Positions 48,869 to 59,388 of a stretch of 64,000 nucleotides of DNA are shown here, one piece after another. A program made the translations under genes and the position numbers. How positions within the stretch are numbered: the stretch's first letter is position 1; the number at the start of each line of letters is the position of its first letter. Origin of the DNA: Deinococcales bacterium. Lineage in GTDB: Bacteria > Deinococcota > Deinococci > Deinococcales > JAAFIG01. The stretch lies in the NCBI GenBank assembly GCA_031414595.1, contig JANNVX010000014.1:48078-112077 (forward strand), given 5' to 3'. The notes below the pieces were generated by a model, which saw nothing but the letters and a program-made list of their open reading frames with translations, did no database searches and was not told the DNA's origin.

Positions 48869-48986
48869 ACCGAATTCATATTCACTCAGAACGACTATCT
48901 TAGCGGTTTTTTCCTCTTTCCTCTTTCTTGCTCGTAAGACAGCACCTACGGGCTACTCGCGCTTCCTCTGCTTTTAAGGAGTTTCT

Positions 48987-50549
48987 ATGCGACATATTAA
49001 AATTTTTGATACAACCCTGCGTGATGGTGAACAAAGCCCCGGTGTGGCGTTGTCTGTGCCTCAAAAACTCGAGATTGCCCACGGCTTGGCGCGAATGGGT
49101 GTGGATATTATCGAGGCGGGTTTTCCGATTACAAGCCAAGGCGACTTTGATTGTGTCCATCGGATTGCTCGAGAAGTCCGTGGGGTAAACATTTGTGGCT
49201 TAGCCCGGACTCATAAAAAAGACATTGAAACGGCTGCCAGAGCGCTCGATGTTGCCCAAAATTGGCGAATTCACACCTTTACCAGTGCTTCGGATGTGCA
49301 TTTAGAGTTTATGCTCAAGAAATCTCGAGCCGAAGTTCTCGAGATAAGTGATGAGATGGTGCGCTATGCCCGAACTTTCTGCGATGATGTTGAATTTAGC
49401 GCTCAGGATGTGATGCGAGCCGATTTTGACTTTGTGATTCAACTTTTTAATGTGGCAATCGAAGCAGGGGCAACCACGATTAACATTCCAGATACAACAG
49501 GCTACGGCACACCGCTCGAGTATGGGCGTTTGATTGCCCGTATCCGCGATGAAGTGGTGCGTGACCGTAATGTTTCGATTTCCACCCACTGCCATGACGA
49601 CCTTGGTATGGCAGTGGCAAACAGCTTGGCAGCCGTTGAGAATGGGGCAACCCAAGTTGAATGCACCATCAACGGCATTGGTGAACGAGCTGGGAACACG
49701 TCACTCGAGGAAATTGTGATGGCGTTATACACAAGGGGCGACTATTACCAAGCCGAAACCAAAATCAACACCAAAGAAATTTATCGTTTAAGTCGGATGG
49801 TCTCGAGGCATTCGGGAATGGTGGTGCAACCCAACAAAGCTGTGGTTGGCGATAATGCCTTTGCTCACGAAGCTGGAATTCATCAAGATGGGGTCTTAAA
49901 GAACAAAGCCACCTATGAAATCATGAATGCCGAATTGGTTGGACGCGAAGCCGGTGTGTTGGTACTTGGCAAGCACTCGGGCAGAGCCGCCTTCAAAAAA
50001 GCCCTTGAGGATTTGGGCTACAATTTGCAAAACCCAATTGCCGACCACGGCTTAACTGAAGAAAGCGTTAATGTGCTGTTTGCTCGCTTCAAAGATATTG
50101 CCGACCGCAAAGGCGCAATAGGCACTGAAGAACTCCGTGCCTTGGTCGAAACCCGTGACCACAGCATCCCAGAGCTATTTAAGCTCGAGAGTATCCAAGT
50201 GCTTTCGGGTACACATGTCGTGCCGACTGCGACCATTACCTTAGAAACCCCAAAAGGACCAATGCAGCACGCTTCAAGTGGCGACGGACCGGTAGATGCA
50301 GCCTATAAAGCCATCAATCATTTGGTTGGTGTCTATCCGACGCTCGAGTCCTACCGCATCGAAGCAGTCACAGAGGGCGGCGAAGCGCTAGGCGAAGTCA
50401 GTATTCGCGCTCGAGTTGGCGAAATTATTTACTCAGGTAATGGGGTCAGCACCGATATTGTCGAAGCCAGTGCGAGGGCTTGGTTAGAAGTCATAAACGC
50501 TAGTCTTGCTAATGTTGGAGTCAAAAAAGCAGCGATTACAGCGATTTAG
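48987..50549 (+). CDS. leuA: 2-isopropylmalate synthase
   Basis: [35 protein letters not shown] and a C-terminal regulatory domain (GDGPVDA). Confidence 0.97.
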   Translation: MRHIKIFDTTLRDGEQSPGVALSVPQKLEIAHGLARMGVDIIEAGFPITSQGDFDCVHRIAREVRGVNICGLARTHKKDIETAARALDVAQNWRIHTFTSASDVHLEFMLKKSRAEVLEISDEMVRYARTFCDDVEFSAQDVMRADFDFVIQLFNVAIEAGATTINIPDTTGYGTPLEYGRLIARIRDEVVRDRNVSISTHCHDDLGMAVANSLAAVENGATQVECTINGIGERAGNTSLEEIVMALYTRGDYYQAETKINTKEIYRLSRMVSRHSGMVVQPNKAVVGDNAFAHEAGIHQDGVLKNKATYEIMNAELVGREAGVLVLGKHSGRAAFKKALEDLGYNLQNPIADHGLTEESVNVLFARFKDIADRKGAIGTEELRALVETRDHSIPELFKLESIQVLSGTHVVPTATITLETPKGPMQHASSGDGPVDAAYKAINHLVGVYPTLESYRIEAVTEGGEALGEVSIRARVGEIIYSGNGVSTDIVEASARAWLEVINASLANVGVKKAAITAI

Positions 50550-51130
50550 TGATGCAAAACGTTATTATTTATTTGATTGGTTACTTTGGTATTGGTAAGT
50601 ACAGCATTGCCAAAAGCCTTAGTGAACTCGAGAATTTTAAGGTTATTGATAATCATTACATTATCAATCCAGTGTATGCCCTTATGGAAGATAAAGGTGT
50701 TGTTTCAGACCAAGCATTGGCTCAAGTTTGGTCTGAAGTGCTTCAGGTACGTCAAGCAATTTTGAGTGTAATCCAAAATTTTACGTCTCGAGCGCATAAT
50801 TATGTTTTTACTGATGATTTAGCCAATGACGAAGGCAGTTACCAAGACTACAAAGCGATTCTTGGAGTTGCAAATACCAGAAAAGCCACTTTTGTTCCTG
50901 TAATACTGCGTTGTGAATTAGAGGAATACTTACGCCGAGTTAGCAATCAAAATCGCTCTGACCGAATGAAAGATACGGATGCTGTTCAAGCTAAGATTCA
51001 TTATCAAACAAGTCAACCATTTAGCTCACGGCATCCAAACGAATTAACTTTAGACATCACAGACCTCGAGCCTAAGCAAGCGGCTGTACTGATTATGCGG
51101 CATATTGGAAATCTAAGTCCGAACGATTAG
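50549..51130 (+). CDS. P-loop kinase-like protein
   Basis: IYLIGYFGIGK P-loop-like motif, IDNH. Confidence 0.7.
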   Translation: MMQNVIIYLIGYFGIGKYSIAKSLSELENFKVIDNHYIINPVYALMEDKGVVSDQALAQVWSEVLQVRQAILSVIQNFTSRAHNYVFTDDLANDEGSYQDYKAILGVANTRKATFVPVILRCELEEYLRRVSNQNRSDRMKDTDAVQAKIHYQTSQPFSSRHPNELTLDITDLEPKQAAVLIMRHIGNLSPND

Positions 51131-51841
51131 TGTCCAAGCGGCGGCACTGATTCCAGCACACCACAAAAAGTCGTAAATCAAATCGCCTAGGATTGAGGCA
51201 TTCAGTAAAATCAGAATTAAACGCCCAAGGCTTGCCAACATAAAAACAATGGATAATTGTCGGATGGTGCTGGCAAGCTGGTTGTCTTTAAGAATAAAGT
51301 GCTGCATGGTAAAAATCGCGGTAATTAAGCAAGCTACAAAAAAGAAAACCAGTTGAAAAACCTCGATTTTTTTGAAGAGAATCAGTCCACTGGTCAGTAT
51401 CCCAGCGATCAGAAAACTGGTCATGACCACAGTTAGGGGCTGCATTTTTTTATATAAGCCTTGGCGGTAGAGTGCAAAAGGCAGGGCAATCGAAAAAGCT
51501 GTAACCAGAAAAGAACCTAAGTATTGAAAAGGTCTGCGCCAAGAAAGCCACTGGTTTGGGTCGGTGTTGGTGATCAGTGCCGCACTGAGGTTGCCATCGC
51601 CAATGCCAATCGAAAGTAAAGCTAGACCTAAGCCAGTCACCGTTAAGCGCAAAGCACTTGGTAATTTTTTAGACAGCACAATCAGCATGGTTGCGCCGAG
51701 CAAGTCAAATAAAAATACCGATAAAGTACGGGTGTAGGATTGCGATAAAGCCCCAAATAACCAAAGCAACCACAGTAAACTTGCCACCGATAAGTACAAT
51801 TCGCCTCGAGATGATGTTTGTGAAGAAGAAGAAAAGTTCAT
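51113..51841 (-). CDS. Integral membrane protein, hypothetical
   Basis: Seven to eight hydrophobic segments. Confidence 0.7.
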   Translation of the reverse strand: MNFSSSSQTSSRGELYLSVASLLWLLWLFGALSQSYTRTLSVFLFDLLGATMLIVLSKKLPSALRLTVTGLGLALLSIGIGDGNLSAALITNTDPNQWLSWRRPFQYLGSFLVTAFSIALPFALYRQGLYKKMQPLTVVMTSFLIAGILTSGLILFKKIEVFQLVFFFVACLITAIFTMQHFILKDNQLASTIRQLSIVFMLASLGRLILILLNASILGDLIYDFLWCAGISAAAWTLIVRT

Positions 51842-51944
51842 GAATCTTTATTTTAAGAGTCTGGCTGGCTTGTGTTGCCATGCAAAAGGATGGGTTTATA
51901 TAACACTTTTTTGCTTTAACACTGAAAAAGTGTTATACTTTTAC

Positions 51945-53120
51945 ATGTCCAATCCACTTTTTTTTGAACCAGACCAACAACAGCAAGATATTCTTAAAGT
52001 TCTCAAAGATTTTTTGCGCCGCGAAGTGACCCCAAGCGCCGCGCTAAGGGACCAGACCCATGAGTTTCCGTTTGGCATTGTAGAGCAACTGGGGACAATG
52101 GGCATTATGGGAGCGCAAACCCCCGAAGAGTACGGCGGCAGTGCCTTATCAAGTACCACTTTTGCGCGGCTGCTCGAGGAAATCGCGGCTGCCGATGGTA
52201 GCCTTGCACTGACGGTGGCTTCACACAATTCGCTCTGTACAGGGCATCTTTTGGTAGCGGGGTCAGAAACCCAAAAAGCCAAGTATTTGCCCGATTTAGC
52301 TAGTGCCAAAAGCCTTGGGGCTTGGGCTTTAACCGAACCGAGCAGTGGCTCGGACAGTGGCGCTATGCAAACGGTTGCCAAAGAAGTGAGCGGCGGGTTT
52401 GTGCTAAACGGCAGTAAAATTTTTATCACCCAAGGCAGTGTCGGCGGCACCTATGTGATTAACGCCCGCACCGATTCGCCGCGAGATAATAAAAGCAAAA
52501 CCGATGGTTTAAGTGCTTTTATCATCCCAAGGCAAACCAAAGGTTTAATCATTGGACGCAAAGAAGAAAAACTGGGTTTGAATGCCTCGGACACCGCCAT
52601 GCTGCACTTTGAAGAAATGTTTGTACCCGCCGACGCACTGCTAGGCACAAGGGGACAAGGTTTTAAGGATGTGATGCGGGTTCTCGACGGCGGACGAATC
52701 GGCATCGCCGCCATCAGCATCGGACTGGCTCGAGCCGCACTCGAAGCCAGCAGCAAATACGCCCTCGAGCGCCAGCAATTTGGTAAACCGATTGCTGAAT
52801 TTCAAGGTATTGCTTTTAAGATTGCTGAAATGTCTACCAATCTCGAGGCAGCCCGTTTACTGACCTTAAAAGCGGCGGCGCTTCGGGATGCCAACCGCCC
52901 CTACACTTTAGAAGCTGCCCAAGCCAAATTTTTTGCGTCTGAAGTCGGTGTTGCCGCCTGTGACCATGCGATTCAAATTCATGGTGGTTATGGCTACATC
53001 AAAGAATATCCAGTCGAACGGTACTGGCGCGATGCCCGTTTAATGCGAATTGGCGAAGGCTCGAGTGAAATTCAACAAATGATTATTGCCAGAGAATGGT
53101 TACGGCAGTATCAACCATGA
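51945..53120 (+). CDS. Acyl-CoA dehydrogenase
   Basis: [26 protein letters not shown] and QIHGGYGY motifs. Confidence 0.95.
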   Translation: MSNPLFFEPDQQQQDILKVLKDFLRREVTPSAALRDQTHEFPFGIVEQLGTMGIMGAQTPEEYGGSALSSTTFARLLEEIAAADGSLALTVASHNSLCTGHLLVAGSETQKAKYLPDLASAKSLGAWALTEPSSGSDSGAMQTVAKEVSGGFVLNGSKIFITQGSVGGTYVINARTDSPRDNKSKTDGLSAFIIPRQTKGLIIGRKEEKLGLNASDTAMLHFEEMFVPADALLGTRGQGFKDVMRVLDGGRIGIAAISIGLARAALEASSKYALERQQFGKPIAEFQGIAFKIAEMSTNLEAARLLTLKAAALRDANRPYTLEAAQAKFFASEVGVAACDHAIQIHGGYGYIKEYPVERYWRDARLMRIGEGSSEIQQMIIAREWLRQYQP

Positions 53121-53190
53121 GCCGTTACGGATTTGGGAGCGAAGAACAACAAAACCTTATTCTCGAGAGTAAGTTGTTATGAACTGGTGC

Positions 53191-53407
53191 AACCCTCACC
53201 CAACTCGCTTGAAGCTCGTTACCCTCATCCCGCCAAAAAGCGCGGGAGAGGGTTGTTCGGCTTGTTTTCTATTTAGGTTTGAGACAAGCAAAACCAAAAA
53301 ATACTGTTCCAAAAACACTTTCTAAGAGAACAAAACCCAAACTTAAAACCCTCCCCTGCGAAGCGTTTTGGGGGAGGGTGGCGAGCCTATGCGAGTCGGG
53401 AGAGGGG
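53191..53407. repeat. Inverted pair of GC-rich CCCTC...GGGAGAGGG stem-loop elements
   Basis: About 53191-53255 and about 53346-53407 are mutually inverted, and each is internally palindromic. Confidence 0.55.
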
Positions 53408-53557
53408 CTGACTGACTGTGATTTTATGCATACTTGAAAGTTTTTACTTTTAGGTTGATACCTATGGGAGGTCTTGTCTCCTTCCTATTTTTTAGAGACT
53501 TTATTAAATCCCAAGCCCCGTGGAACTCGAGCCGTGTTTTTCGCGTAACCTATAAGC

Positions 53558-54907
53558 ATGAAGAGACTATTGTTTGGACTTGTACTTCTGGCTGGTGTTG
53601 CCTTAGCCCAAAGTGTGCCGTCCGAAGTGACTTGGTTACGCGAAAATGTGATTCCATTCAAAACAGCAGAGGCGAATAATGGCTTTGCTGACCTCGAGCC
53701 AGTCTCGGCTTTGGTTGCTGAGGCTCGAATTGTTGGGCTGGGCGAAGCAACTCATGGCACTCGAGAATTCTTTTTGGCAAAGCATCGCTTGCTCGAGTTT
53801 CTAGTGACCAAACACGACTTTAGGGTTTTTGCAATGGAAGCAAATTGGGCAAGCAGTTTTGCCTTAAACGAGTATGTGCTGGGTGGGGCGGGTGATGCTA
53901 GAAAATTATTGCAGCAGTATGCCAAAATCATGTGGGCTTGGCGCACCGAAGAAGTGCTTGGTTTAATTCAGTGGATGCGGGTTTATAACCAAAGCACCAC
54001 CAAAAAAATTACGTTCACGGGCTTTGACATGCAAGAACCTGTGCCAGCCGTGGATTGGCTGGTAGGTTGGCTCGAGACCAGCGCCAAAGACCAAGCTACC
54101 CGAACTGACGAGTTACTAAGCTGTATTCGTTTTTCTTTGGGTAATATTCTCAGTGTGGCACGCTACAGCGCTACGGGCGAAAACGGCGCAAAACGCTGTG
54201 CTGTGCAAATAGACACAGTTCGGCGGATTTTGCAAAATCGGCGAAGCAATTTTAAGCCAAACGAATACCAAACTGCCCTACAAATGGTGCGGGTTCTCGA
54301 GCAAGCCAATGCTTATTACAAAGCCCGTTTTGTGACGCAGGATTTACTTGAAGCCGTGACTATCCGCGATGCTTTTATGGCAGAAAATGCGGCGTGGCTC
54401 GAGAAAACCACAGGTCAAAAAGTTGTCACTTGGGCGCATAATGGTCATGTGACCTTTAATCCAAAGATGCACTTTGGCTGGAAACCGATGGGGGCTTATT
54501 TGCGTGAACAGTACCAAGATAAGTACCGCGTTTGGGGTTTTGCGTTCTTTGAAGGCAGTTTTTATGCCCAACTGCTTGATGCCAACGACCCAGCCCGTAC
54601 TGTCGCGGCAGCCATGCTTGGTTTAGCTGCTAACCCCAGTGTGCAACGTGTGCCTAACCCCGGTATTGGCAGTTTTGAGGTCTTATTTCGAGCCACCAAT
54701 ATCCCGATTTTTATGCTCGATTTGCGCCGCTCGAGTATGCCTTTGGGGGCTTGGTTAAAAAAAGCCAAACGCTTACAGATTGTTGGGCAGAACCTACCGC
54801 CTTTTCGTGAGCCTGAACCCGATTGGTACAGTTATGAAGCGGTACTCCCAGACGACTTTGACGCAATTATTTACATTGATAAAACAAGCCCCAGTACACC
54901 CTTATAA
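53558..54907 (+). CDS. Erythromycin esterase family protein (secreted)
   Basis: IVGLGEATHGTREF, GFDMQ, RD..MAEN and WAHNGH motifs. Confidence 0.92.
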   Translation: MKRLLFGLVLLAGVALAQSVPSEVTWLRENVIPFKTAEANNGFADLEPVSALVAEARIVGLGEATHGTREFFLAKHRLLEFLVTKHDFRVFAMEANWASSFALNEYVLGGAGDARKLLQQYAKIMWAWRTEEVLGLIQWMRVYNQSTTKKITFTGFDMQEPVPAVDWLVGWLETSAKDQATRTDELLSCIRFSLGNILSVARYSATGENGAKRCAVQIDTVRRILQNRRSNFKPNEYQTALQMVRVLEQANAYYKARFVTQDLLEAVTIRDAFMAENAAWLEKTTGQKVVTWAHNGHVTFNPKMHFGWKPMGAYLREQYQDKYRVWGFAFFEGSFYAQLLDANDPARTVAAAMLGLAANPSVQRVPNPGIGSFEVLFRATNIPIFMLDLRRSSMPLGAWLKKAKRLQIVGQNLPPFREPEPDWYSYEAVLPDDFDAIIYIDKTSPSTPL

Positions 54908-54946
54908 AAAAACCCCGCTTAGGGCGGGGTTTCTCGAGCCAAGACT

Positions 54947-57013
54947 TTAGAACTTAAACAGCAAATCCAGTGGTGCAGCAGCCCGAAGCATTGGGTCGCC
55001 AACGGCTTTACTTAACAGTGCCACCGAATTGATCGTCACAGAACACGATTTACCCAAAGAAGTGAAGTTCGCATCTGGACTTGGGGCTGTGCCAGCCGAA
55101 CCACCGTTAATACTCGAGCCACTGATTGGGGTATTTTTTTGGAAGTCACAGACATAAATTGTGTTACGGGCATCAAAGACTTGGAAACGAAACCCACCAC
55201 TTTGCAGCACGTAAGCATAAACTGGTTTGGCAGTACCATTTTGTGTTCCAGTGCCAGTTGGATCATTATCGGAATCGAGTTTGGTAAAGTTCAATGCCCA
55301 AGGTGCAAGTCCGTCTATCGTCAGTGTCCAAAATTGCCCCGGCTTAGGTGGCAAACTGGCAGTCAGTTGACTCACTGGTAAAGCAGGAGGAGCTTGTACA
55401 GCACTGTCCGAAGTGATGGTGGCAACACAGGCTCGGTTCATGTTGGTGGCATTGGCTTCTGGCTTCGGCGCAGTGAATGCTTGCCCACCGATTAAACTCG
55501 AGCCGTTGCGCTGAACGGCATTTGGGAAGACACAATAATAGACACTTTGGGCATCAAAGACTTGGAAATAACGCTGTCCGCTCTGGACTGTAAAAGCAAA
55601 AGCTGTTTTGGTCACACCATTTTGCGTGGCAGTTCCAGTTGGGTCATTATCGGAGTCGAGTTTGGTAAAATTGATTGTCCAAGGTGCAAGTCCGTCTATG
55701 GTCATTGTCCAAGTCTGCCCAGGTTTAGGTGGAAAACTGGCGGTTAAGGCTTGCGGAATAACAGGTGGTTGAATTGGTTGATTACCAGCCAATTGAACAC
55801 TCGAGCCAAAAGCAGCCACGCAAGAAGTACCAAGGTTAGTATCCGTATTTCCGCCACCGTTGGGATTACGAATTGAACGTCTTGAATTCCCACCAATAAA
55901 GGCATTCCCACTGATTTGTAAACGAGTAAAATCACAAAAATATGAACCTGAACGATCAGAGGCAACCATCTGGAAAACGAATTTTCCTCCATCTTGAAAA
56001 GCCCAGGTATCGGTTTTCACGCCGTTTTGAGTTGCATTGCCTGTTGGGTCGTTGTCTTCATCGAGTTTGGTAAAGTTCAGTGTCCAAGGGGCAAGCCCAT
56101 CCAAAACCACTGTCCAAGTTTCATTGGGTTTTGGTGGAAAATTTGGAGCGCCAGCAGGGTTATTGGTGACGGGTTGCACAGGTTGCGGATTGACTGGTAA
56201 CGGTGGCGGTTGAAATGTACCCGTTGGATTGGTATTGACTGGAACGACCACAGGGGCGGTAAACCCCGTGCCGAGTTGAGTCGTCCACGGTTCACCAAAA
56301 CCACGTACATTTTGTTGAATCATCTGTGAACCAAGCACTAAAGGTCTGCCCAAGGGTTGCCGTGTGTTGTTATTGCCAGACACACCTGCACTATGCACAG
56401 CAATCAGTTCGCCGCGTAAATTGTAAATCCCACCACCCGAACCGCCAGGACCCGAGAGCGCATCGTGTTTCATTAAGTTGCGATTTTCTAAAAAACCATT
56501 AACGCTACCACTCGAGACGGTAATCGTTTCGGACGTGCCGTTAATGTCTGGGAAACCAAAATTAAAAATCCGCTCACCAATCCGCACCGCATTAGAATCT
56601 CCCAGAGGAACAGAAGGAAAACGAGTTCCGGCTGGTACTGGATTGCCACGTAAATCGGTAGAAACTTGCACCAATGCCAAATCTACATTCGGCAGACGGG
56701 CAATCACCCTGCCGATATACCGTGGCTCTGGCGACTGGTCTTCGTTTTTCATCATTGAAATCCGAAGAACTGGACAAAGTTGATTGCTGGTCTCATTGGC
56801 AACCACATGATTATTGGTGAGTATGATTCCTTCACGTCCAATAAAACTTCCCGAGCCTTGCCAGAGTCCCTTCCCTGCCGAATCAAAGCAAACGAACTGC
56901 ACCGAAGCCTTAATAATCGCATCAAAATACTCTGGTGGTAAATTCTGAGCCTGAGCCGCACTCCCTACTAGTGCAACTGCACCCAAAACGATTTTCGACA
57001 ACCATCCCCTCAT
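54947..57013 (-). CDS. Secreted trypsin-like (S1) serine protease with three C-terminal repeat domains
   Basis: ILTNNHVV, VDLAL, GPGGSGG triad motifs; 3x PPKP...W....DGLAPW..NFTKLD.DNDPTG...QNG. Confidence 0.88.
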   Translation of the reverse strand: MRGWLSKIVLGAVALVGSAAQAQNLPPEYFDAIIKASVQFVCFDSAGKGLWQGSGSFIGREGIILTNNHVVANETSNQLCPVLRISMMKNEDQSPEPRYIGRVIARLPNVDLALVQVSTDLRGNPVPAGTRFPSVPLGDSNAVRIGERIFNFGFPDINGTSETITVSSGSVNGFLENRNLMKHDALSGPGGSGGGIYNLRGELIAVHSAGVSGNNNTRQPLGRPLVLGSQMIQQNVRGFGEPWTTQLGTGFTAPVVVPVNTNPTGTFQPPPLPVNPQPVQPVTNNPAGAPNFPPKPNETWTVVLDGLAPWTLNFTKLDEDNDPTGNATQNGVKTDTWAFQDGGKFVFQMVASDRSGSYFCDFTRLQISGNAFIGGNSRRSIRNPNGGGNTDTNLGTSCVAAFGSSVQLAGNQPIQPPVIPQALTASFPPKPGQTWTMTIDGLAPWTINFTKLDSDNDPTGTATQNGVTKTAFAFTVQSGQRYFQVFDAQSVYYCVFPNAVQRNGSSLIGGQAFTAPKPEANATNMNRACVATITSDSAVQAPPALPVSQLTASLPPKPGQFWTLTIDGLAPWALNFTKLDSDNDPTGTGTQNGTAKPVYAYVLQSGGFRFQVFDARNTIYVCDFQKNTPISGSSINGGSAGTAPSPDANFTSLGKSCSVTINSVALLSKAVGDPMLRAAAPLDLLFKF

Positions 57014-57198
57014 ATAAAACCTCCATTGAAATTCGCCTATCATTGTAAACCCATTTTAAGTTTTTGACCTTAAGCCAACATTTAGACTTAGGAAGTCTAA
57101 ATAATGGGCGTTACAGTTAGCGTAACAAAAGTATGACTTTGGGCATTTGGGAGTTTAGTGCTTTGTTATGAAACTTAAAAAATCTGCTATACTAATAA

Positions 57199-57324
57199 GG
57201 CTAGAATATAACCCCTAATTCGCTTGCGAAGGTTCTAGTGTGCGCCTGTAAAGGTTTCCAGCCGGTCTGGAAATACGTCAAGACACAAGGGAAGGTACAA
57301 GCCCGCCTAAAAGCGGGCTTTCTT
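57199..57324 (+). ncRNA. Candidate structured small RNA (unassigned family)
   Basis: Extended -10 TGCTATACT (57185-57193); stems CTAGAA/TTCTAG, TTCG/CGAA, GTGT/ACAC and TTTCCAG/CTGGAAA; terminator AAGCCCGC/GCGGGCTT. Confidence 0.5.
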
Positions 57325-57838
57325 ATTGGCTACGAATCGGCTTATTTTGCTGTACATTTCGCAGAATCACAATTAAACGAATTTTGCGGGACTTGGGGCG
57401 GTAAGTAGCACGGTTGGGGTCTCGAAGATAAGCACTTTTGACAGTCAAGTACAGGCGTTTAGTCTTGGTGTCCTTGGTGACTTCAAAATAAACCTCGTAG
57501 TTTTGTGTTTGTCCTTGCTCATTGATCAATTCAACGGTGAAAAAACTCTGGTGGTCGGTGTGCGAAATATGGCGTGTCTCGAGAGACTTGATAATATCAG
57601 GGAGATATTGCGAAAGTTGCCAGCGCTTAAAATCAAAGGTTCTTTGTTCTTTAGCAATCACAAACAATAAATTGGGATCATCTGCTGGGTTTGGATGTTC
57701 GGTAAAACAGTGGTGCGAAAAGCGAACAGTGACAGAGTGAGAACTGCTATCTGAAAGCAAAAAAATATGGTCAAATTGGTCAAGATGCAGTAAGCTAAAA
57801 GAACGCCCTTGATAGATAAATTCTGACCATCTCATCAA
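57323..57838 (-). CDS. Hypothetical protein, possible nuclease/toxin
   Basis: 171-aa ORF with FSHHCFT, R.FD..RW.LS..LP and L.V.SAY motifs; basic C-terminus. Confidence 0.65.
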   Translation of the reverse strand: MMRWSEFIYQGRSFSLLHLDQFDHIFLLSDSSSHSVTVRFSHHCFTEHPNPADDPNLLFVIAKEQRTFDFKRWQLSQYLPDIIKSLETRHISHTDHQSFFTVELINEQGQTQNYEVYFEVTKDTKTKRLYLTVKSAYLRDPNRATYRPKSRKIRLIVILRNVQQNKPIRSQ

Positions 57839-57939
57839 AGTGTATCCTTAAAATCTTGAAAGTACCTAATGATTGAAAAGCATAACACTTAAAGATTCCT
57901 AAAATTACAGCTTAAAGGTTTTATGACCTCGAGCCAGTT

Positions 57940-59142
57940 CTAAAGCCGTAAGACCTCGAGCCAGTCCCCAATTTCTCGAGATTCTTGGGGTGGCACAACC
58001 GCTAAGGCATTACTCTGCACTAAACTGCGAAGCACTTGTGAACTCTGATTAGAAAAAGCCGCGACACTGTAATGAGTGCCATCCCAAGTTAAACTGGCTC
58101 GCCAAAGCCCTTGTTTAGCCCCAGCGCTCTTAAACGGTGTGCTGGCTTTGGCAAAAACTGTTTCATAGGCTGGCTCGAGCATCCCCAACCAAGCAAATAG
58201 TGCAGCCTTGACCACGACATCAAAAATCACCAAACTCGAGACTGGATTACCCGGTAAACCAAAAACCTTAACGCCGTGTAAATCACCTAAAATCGGTGGA
58301 CCACCGGGTTTGACTTTGATGCGCCAAAAATCAATCCTGCCTTCGGTTTCTAAGAGTTTTCGCACAAAGTCGCGTTCGCCCATCGAAACCCCGCCAATGG
58401 TTAGGACAAGATGCGCGTCTCGAGCCGATAAAATCGCGGTTCGGGTATTCTCGAGGTCATCTTTTACTTTGGGTAGTAAAATCGGTTCTGCGCCCATCTC
58501 GAGCAACTTGGCAGCCAATCCATAACTATTGGCATTGTACACTGCGCCTTCAAACAGGGCTTGCCCCGGTTCAATAATTTCGTCACCTGTGCTTAAAATG
58601 GCAATTCGTGGAGGTTCAAAAACAGGCAGTAGCCCATGTCCCATGGCGGCTGCCAATGCCAAGCTCGAGCCGTTTAAGCGTGTGCCTTTTGGTAAGTACA
58701 TTTTGCCAGTCTCGAGGTCTTGTCCTTTTAACCTAATTTCCGGCACGGCGGGCTGATGCAGTAGCACCGATTCGCCATCCCGAGTTGTGTGTTCGACCAT
58801 GGCAATTCCCGTTGCCCCACTTGGCACAGTTCCACCTGTAAAAACCTTTAGGGCTTCACCAGATTGAAGTGGTCTCGAGAATGCTTTTGCCCCAGCCGCA
58901 ACTTCACCAATCACTTGTAAACGCACAGGGTGATTGGGGGTGGCGTGCAATGTGTCCTCGAGAATGACTGCAAAACCATCCAAGGCACTGTCGTTGGTGT
59001 TTGGGTGATCCACCAAACTGCTTAAATCCTGTGCCAGTACCCGCCCTGTGGCTTTAAGCAGTGGTATAGTCTCGAGTTTAAGTTTGGGCAGTACCGCAAG
59101 CAGTGCAGCCACGGCTTCGGGAATGGTCAAGTCAGTTCGCAT
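57940..59142 (-). CDS. moeA: Molybdopterin molybdotransferase
   Basis: SALDGFA, STGDE, GGVSMGERD and LPGNPVS motifs. Confidence 0.95.
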   Translation of the reverse strand: MRTDLTIPEAVAALLAVLPKLKLETIPLLKATGRVLAQDLSSLVDHPNTNDSALDGFAVILEDTLHATPNHPVRLQVIGEVAAGAKAFSRPLQSGEALKVFTGGTVPSGATGIAMVEHTTRDGESVLLHQPAVPEIRLKGQDLETGKMYLPKGTRLNGSSLALAAAMGHGLLPVFEPPRIAILSTGDEIIEPGQALFEGAVYNANSYGLAAKLLEMGAEPILLPKVKDDLENTRTAILSARDAHLVLTIGGVSMGERDFVRKLLETEGRIDFWRIKVKPGGPPILGDLHGVKVFGLPGNPVSSLVIFDVVVKAALFAWLGMLEPAYETVFAKASTPFKSAGAKQGLWRASLTWDGTHYSVAAFSNQSSQVLRSLVQSNALAVVPPQESREIGDWLEVLRL

Positions 59143-59388
59143 GGGCTTAGTGTACTGCTATAGAATGCTACGACCAATTGGCAAAATGGCATGAAGTTTA
59201 TACGACTTATTTGCAACATAATTGACACAAAATACTAACGAACGTTTGTAGTTAAACCCGAGTTCAGTCTGAAGCTCTTTGCAAAATCAAATCTGCCCCG
59301 TATACTCTGCCTCGACTGCATCAAAATAAGTACATTCTTTGGACACCATGTCTGGAAGTAAACGCAGTTTTATTTTTTGGAGGTAGGG

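Noticed and set aside
48865-48903. Short ORF MNRIHIHSERLS as a relic of the original leuA start
   Set aside because: Similarity to MRHIKIFD is too short to support.
53558-54907. Acquired macrolide resistance gene
   Set aside because: Family membership only. It has a signal peptide, host-like composition and no mobile context, so resistance cannot be inferred.
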